The notes under the pieces were generated by a model. The model ran no database searches and was not told the DNA's origin. It saw nothing but the letters and a program-made list of their open reading frames with translations. Shown in pieces: positions 58,167 through 64,000 of a DNA stretch of 64,000 bases (the stretch's first letter is position 1; every line of letters starts with the position of its first letter). This DNA comes from Amoebidium appalachense (taxonomy: Eukaryota > Protista > Ichthyosporea): the NCBI GenBank assembly GCA_963693365.1, contig CAVNZM010000005.1:10148334-10212333 (forward strand), given 5' to 3'. Position numbers and translations under genes: made by a program.

Positions 58167-60210
58167 GCCAAAGTAAACAGTTGGCTCAAGTATGCACCCA
58201 TGGTCACACTTGAAGTGCACTACACCAAACCAACACAAACACAACAGTCATCCTCGCACACACATACATACACTTACACAAGCACCTTCCCGCATACACC
58301 GTCAAGCCCATTCACACAAACAAACACGATGCATGTTGGGTACCACTACTTGCAAAATTCCCGGATATACAATACAAATAAATACAAATGGCACTAGCTA
58401 GAAGCACGACGTGATAGCAACACCCAAGTTCAAGTTAGCAATCACTCTTGATAATAATCAGAAATTTGATACAAGAGCTTACCGTAGTTCTGGCTGTCTA
58501 ACAGCGTTATTATACGTATGATGATGCAGATTTTTGTGCAGTTGCTCTGTTTATTTACATAAAAGTGTAATACTTTGAGATGTCGTATGAAGAGTTTAGA
58601 CTTTTAGACCATGGAAAATGTGAATACGGTGCAAATATCACTAAGAGGTTTACTTTACACCTTAGTTTATTAAGTTTCCTGCCGGACGGGTTACTGCTTG
58701 TTGTAACAGTTGTAGTAGCAGTGCACACGAGAGTCAGGCGAGCGCTAAGGTGCACATAGAATGTGCATGGCATGATGAAATGGAGCGAAAAGTGTTACGA
58801 AGCTTTGCTGTGAGGAGGGGATTCTGTTATATCCTGGACCACAGCTTTGTCTGTTTCTTGCCGAGTGTTGGTTCCTGTCCCCCCTCCCCCCCCCCCCCCC
58901 CCCCCCCACCTCCTCCCCCCCGGGAGAAAGGGGCACACATCGCTGCCACCACCACCAGCTAGACTTGCAAGTCCCCCCCCCCCCCCCCCCCCCCCCCCCA
59001 ACACCGCTCTCCCCACCTCCCCCCCCCCCCCCCCCCCCCCAACACCGCTCTCCCCGCTCCCCCCCCCCCCCCCCCCCCCCTCCCCCCCTTCGCGGCCCCT
59101 TCCCCCCTCTCCCCCGCCCAACGTAACCCACCAGCCTCGGAGTCCGTCCTGGGCGGACCTATGTATGCTTAGTAATTACTAATGTAATGGTCGTTTCCCG
59201 ATTCCACTATCGTCAGCCTTTTAGTAATGGTCTGGGGCCTGCTTGTGCACATATGCATGTGTCTGTCTCGTCCGTCAGCCACAATTGGTATTTTCATATC
59301 GGAGTTTCAAGTATTATTATAATTAGAGCCGAGATCTCTCAATTTTCGACAAGGGTTTCTCTATTTGTACTCATTCATAACCTCTAAACCACAACTTCCC
59401 CTCAATATGACGCCCCAGCTGCCGCATGATGCGGCCATGGCAAACACACTCGTGATTATGATCCAATCATAACTGTTTTCTTGAATCGATTCACCTATTA
59501 AATTACACACCCTGGGGGGCCGGCCCGACTGGGTGGACACGCTGTCAGCGGCAATGAGTCACTGGACTGTCCTGTGGACACTGAAGCTCAAAAGCAGCTC
59601 TACCCTGAGGTATCCATTGCGTAGTCTGTAAAAACGTTATGAAACGTGCTTATTAGCTCTGCTATTTATCGTATATTGACATGCCAGCAACAAGGCTGAT
59701 TCCAATTGGAAGCGTCAGTGCTGTGCCACGGTCACGCTAAGTGACAACTCGGGTTTTGATTGGTTGTTTTTGATTGGTAAATGACCCATGCATTCGCCGA
59801 CTGTTATGCGTCATAATTGGCTGAATAAAACCTATTGGATCTATTCGTGCTGGTGCTATCACTAATAGTATGCGCAGAGGGGGAGGGGGCGGCTAACTGC
59901 GGCCACAGCCGTGAAAGCTTTATACAATCGGAAGAGAAAGGAAACAAGCAAGAACTACGCGAGTGACCAGTTTCATCCGGGTTTGGATGTGCGGGGCTGT
60001 GGGTGCTTAGGAGTACATCAACTAATATTAGGAGACCGGACGTGTGTGTAGTTCTGTGTGTTGTGCAAAACTCTGACGCGCTCCTGACATTCAAATATTA
60101 GTAACAAGCAATTCAGTTTCAGTTACTTTCTTAGACATTAATTAAAACAGCGAAAACAACCACTGTCCATACACCATTCCTCCACTTTTCGTGCAACGGG
60201 CAGGGTCAAA

Positions 60211-60729
60211 ATGGCTCTTCCTCGCCCAAATCTCATTTGCATCGTCGTTTTCGTTGTTTTCTTCTCGGTCGCCTGCTTAGGACAGCAACCATGCTCTCTT
60301 CTCGAGGACACAGGATTTGTCGAATTCTACGTCGGAGAGCCGCGCCCAGACGGATACGTTCTCTACAATTTCACATGGAGCATCCCACCTGTTTTGGCGG
60401 GTGGTAACATCCCATACAACCTCACCTACTGCGTTAAATCTTTCCCCAAAACGGGTACCCGCGCTCCTCAGTGTGAAATGGAAGCTCAGTCTGACCGCGT
60501 TTCACTGAACGTGTTCATGACTGCCGTGGACAATGACTGTCGCCGCCATTTCTTTTTGGAATACTCTACGGCGCAGTGTCCTCCTACTCCGGTCGAGCAA
60601 ATTGAACAGAAAACGAGGCTGATGGGGTGTATTGGCAGGAAGTGCCCTAGTATTTGCTTCATGGAGGGGTCGACGAGGGTCATTCTGCGTGACATAAATG
60701 ATAGACCTGCGACGACCCCTGCGGTGTGA
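60211..60729 (+). CDS. Secreted Cys-containing protein with one cadherin-like repeat, 172 aa
   Basis: Clean non-repetitive ORF; signal peptide (LICIVVFVVFFSVACLG|QQPC); FYVGEPRPDGYVL, LTYCV, AVDNDCRRHFFLEY and TRVILRDINDRP occur in cadherin EC motif order; CCAAT boxes at 59759 and 59773. Confidence 0.7.
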   Translation: MALPRPNLICIVVFVVFFSVACLGQQPCSLLEDTGFVEFYVGEPRPDGYVLYNFTWSIPPVLAGGNIPYNLTYCVKSFPKTGTRAPQCEMEAQSDRVSLNVFMTAVDNDCRRHFFLEYSTAQCPPTPVEQIEQKTRLMGCIGRKCPSICFMEGSTRVILRDINDRPATTPAV

Positions 60730-61388
60730 AGTGTTAACAGAAATGTGTTGGTTTGAATATGATATTGGTATGGTTTTTCCATTATATTTGACCGGTTATG
60801 AAGGGTTTTTTGTTATTCCCACTGACGACGGGAAGAGCATCATGGTTTCTTTCGGAGAGATAGTATAGTTCCAACTTGCATGAAGGTAAATATTCGATGA
60901 TTTTTTGGTTTGTTTTGGCCATTGATTAAGTTGCCGTATCTAGTAAACGTTTTATTCGCACAGATGTCATGTGGAAAAGCCGTTCATGAGCGGGAGAAGT
61001 GAATCATAGTTGGCAACCATATCAGTAGGCAAGCTTTGACACACATGGTGATGCCGCCATAGTATGTGCGATTACTTGCTTATTAGTCCAAGCTATCGCA
61101 TGATGCCTACAGCCTGCTCAACCATTAGGCCCTCCTCTTGCACCGTAAATACTTTCAGGGGGCTAGACTATCATTCCATCTATTTACTAAATTTGCATGA
61201 CGTGGAATATTTTTGCTGAGTGTGTCTGTAGCGTCATGTTCCATAACACCCGGTCAGCCTCTTGCACTCAAACCATTAGGCCATCACCGATGATCTACGG
61301 TAACCTACTGGCGATGTGTTGTATGCATGTGTAAACGTAAATGAGGATACACCTGGGACAGGAATAATTGTGTATCACATACAGAATC

Positions 61389-61428
<40 letters not shown>

Positions 61429-62379
61429 CCCCGCCCCGCCCCGGGACACGCACAAAAACAGTACCAAAAAAAAAAAAAAAAAAAGGTGCCCCAAACAACA
61501 CCCGATGTTCTTGAGTCAAACTCTTAAAGTACTTACGACGCAGGGCCGGGGCAGTTGTGACGGTATGCACATGTGTGCAAAATGTTGTTAAAACATGGCA
61601 ACAAAGTTTCTTGAGACCGTGATGTCTGTGTGTGCATATGTGTTTGTGCCTCCCGGTCGGTTATGTAACCCCACCATTAGAAAAGCATTGATGATGTGAA
61701 GGGAGACAGGAAGAAGACGGGGGGGGGGGGGGAGGGGAGGGGTGGTTCTTATCTTCTTTCCTTTTTTGGGTTGGGGGGGGGAGGGGGAAGTTCCTGAAAA
61801 GGCAACAAATAGCTGGAGAAGAAGAGAGGGGCGGGGGAGGGGGGGGGGGGGGGGGGGGGAAGGGGAGGTGTGCTCCTTGGGATTCGAAAGAGTAATAGGG
61901 ACGCATTGGTTAACACATTACTCCACTCCACCACACCATGCTACTAAGTGATTTGGGAAACGAATCAAATCGGGTCACAAGTTTTGATCACAGCTAATGT
62001 GTTCTTGTGGAGAGTGGTTGGGTGGCGGTAGAGGAGGGAAAAGGGGGGGGGGGGGTTGGGTTGTGTATGTGGGGGGGGGGGGGGGGTGGAGGGGGGGGGG
62101 GGGATGGAGGGAGAAGGGGTGGGGGGAGGGGGGGGGGGGGGGTTGGAGTCCTTGAATCACGGGTAATGAGGTGCAGCTTCTTTATATCTCTGAGTCAAAG
62201 GATTAAACGATTCCAATTACTCCCGGCATAGCATTTGCTAGGAAAAAGAGGGAGATGATGGGTGAGTGGGGTTGGAGGGCGGGGGGGGGGGGGGGGGGGG
62301 GGGGGAGGGGAGGGGGCAGAGGGGGCGGGAGGGGGAAGGAGAGACTGGGGGGGGGGGGGGGGGGGGGGGGGGGGAAAGG

Positions 62380-62422
<43 letters not shown>

Positions 62423-62471
62423 TGTGTGTGTGTGTGCGTTTGCGTGTGTGCGTGTGTGCATGTGTGTGTGT

Positions 62472-62567
<96 letters not shown>

Positions 62568-63218
62568 TGGTGGGCCGGGGAAGGTTCCCGAGAGTTTGGG
62601 GGGGGGGGGGGGGGGGGGCTTTACTTTAACACCCCGTCCCCCCTCCCCCCCTCCCTTTCTTTCTCCCTTAGACCGCTTTTTCCTGATGCATCTACCACCA
62701 TCGCTACTTAGCCATTAACCTCTTGATTTTCACAGTGACTACGCCTAAAATGCAACTCGCCCACCATCCAATCGTTTCTTTTGTCCATATCCACACATCT
62801 GTGAAAATTCCCTCTCCCTTCCTCTCTTTCCTGATGGCCGACAGGATGGGCGACCCGGATTGCGCTGTGCCTGTGCAACAAGCGATTTCCCTGTTTTTCC
62901 ATTCACAAATACACAAAACCCCCAAAACGTGCACAGGTATGCAGCCGTGCACGTGGACACAAAAGCACACAGCAACAGATCTCACACGTACACTGGCAGG
63001 GTCAGGGATATTGGCGGCTATCAAGTTGGAGCAAAAACATGTACATCGACGTTTCCTACTCGCAATGGCTTAAACACGTGCACACTACACACATCATCAC
63101 CGTTTGGTGACAAGCAAACCTGCATGCACACCCAACTCCACCCCGAAACTCACGTTCATTTCATTGTTGTAACCGGGGCGTAGCTATCTATACTGTGTGT
63201 GTGTGTGTGTGTGTGCGC

Positions 63219-63252
<34 letters not shown>

Positions 63253-63383
63253 GCGCGCACGTGCTGTGCCATGTTTTCGACCTTTGGTTGCAGGTGTGCG
63301 TATTGATCAGACTATGTGTACATGTCACGATGCGCGCGTACATATGTAGGCCTGCGCGTGCGTGTGTGTGTGTGTGTGCGTGC

Positions 63384-63424
<41 letters not shown>

Positions 63425-63518
63425 GGTGTGTGTGTGTGTGTGTGTGTGCGTGCGTGCGTGTATGTGTGCATGTGTGTGTGAGGGTGTGTGTGTGTGTGTG
63501 TGTGCACGTGTGGGTGCC

Positions 63519-63552
<34 letters not shown>

Positions 63553-63575
63553 CGTGTGTGTGTATGTGTGTACAC

Positions 63576-63611
<36 letters not shown>

Positions 63612-63688
63612 TGTACAAATGGGGGAAGGAGGGGGGAGAGGAGAGGAGAGGGAGAGCGAGAGAGAGAGAGAGGGAGAGAGAGAGAGAG

Positions 63689-63779
<91 letters not shown>

Positions 63780-64000
63780 TCACAGAGAGAGAGAATTTAA
63801 GGGGATGAGGAGGGGAGAGAGACAGGAAGGGACTCAGCAGGATCTATCTGTCACGACCGTTGTTGAAGCACGCTGTGCATGCACGTCAGGCATTAGGTAG
63901 GCTACCCTTATTATATTCGGCACCTGCCTTCTGATGTCCCCTCATATATATATGCAAGCCTAGCTGGGCCTTGTTGCGGGAAGTGCACGCGGACAGCTAC

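Noticed and set aside
62704-63073. QSGSPI peptide suggesting a V8/trypsin-like protease, or downstream cadherin exons
   Set aside because: An isolated motif with no His/Asp context and no cadherin signatures.

Overview
Eukaryotic nuclear DNA from an intron-rich genome, probably a unicellular opisthokont or holozoan (inferred from gene content, not demonstrated). Introns and intergenic DNA are saturated with poly-G/poly-C homopolymers and (CA)n/(GT)n/(CT)n microsatellites, so most of the ORF track is low-complexity noise. Reading splice sites by hand gives four phase-consistent gene models: a syntaxin-1-like Qa-SNARE (5 exons), a PLP-dependent threonine ammonia-lyase with C-terminal ACT-like domain (11 exons, minus strand), a secreted alpha-galactosidase-like glycoside hydrolase (9 exons) and a tandem-CBM21 protein (2 exons). 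There are also a secreted protein with one cadherin-like repeat, a disrupted coiled-coil gene ending in PPxY, and a degenerate trypsin-like protease. Mobile DNA: a 5.2-kb ISL2EU/Harbinger-type element (THAP-HTH-DDE transposase plus a convergent SWIM-finger gene) inside a fold-back shell with CCC termini, about 30 GCGGAGGGG subterminal repeats and a CT target duplication; a 5'-truncated LINE ending in (CA)n; a 275-bp near-perfect palindrome in a syntaxin intron; and a 31-bp TIR element with an 8-bp TSD. The most unusual signals are introns whose acceptors are (CA)n-CAG with no U-rich tract (one is bracketed by complementary (GT)n...(CA)n), a ~100-nt repeat family that lies in the host-gene sense orientation in every copy I could assign, and the nested transposon. 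All calls rest on by-eye motif recognition; no searches were run, and homopolymer lengths and single-base frameshifts may be assembly errors.
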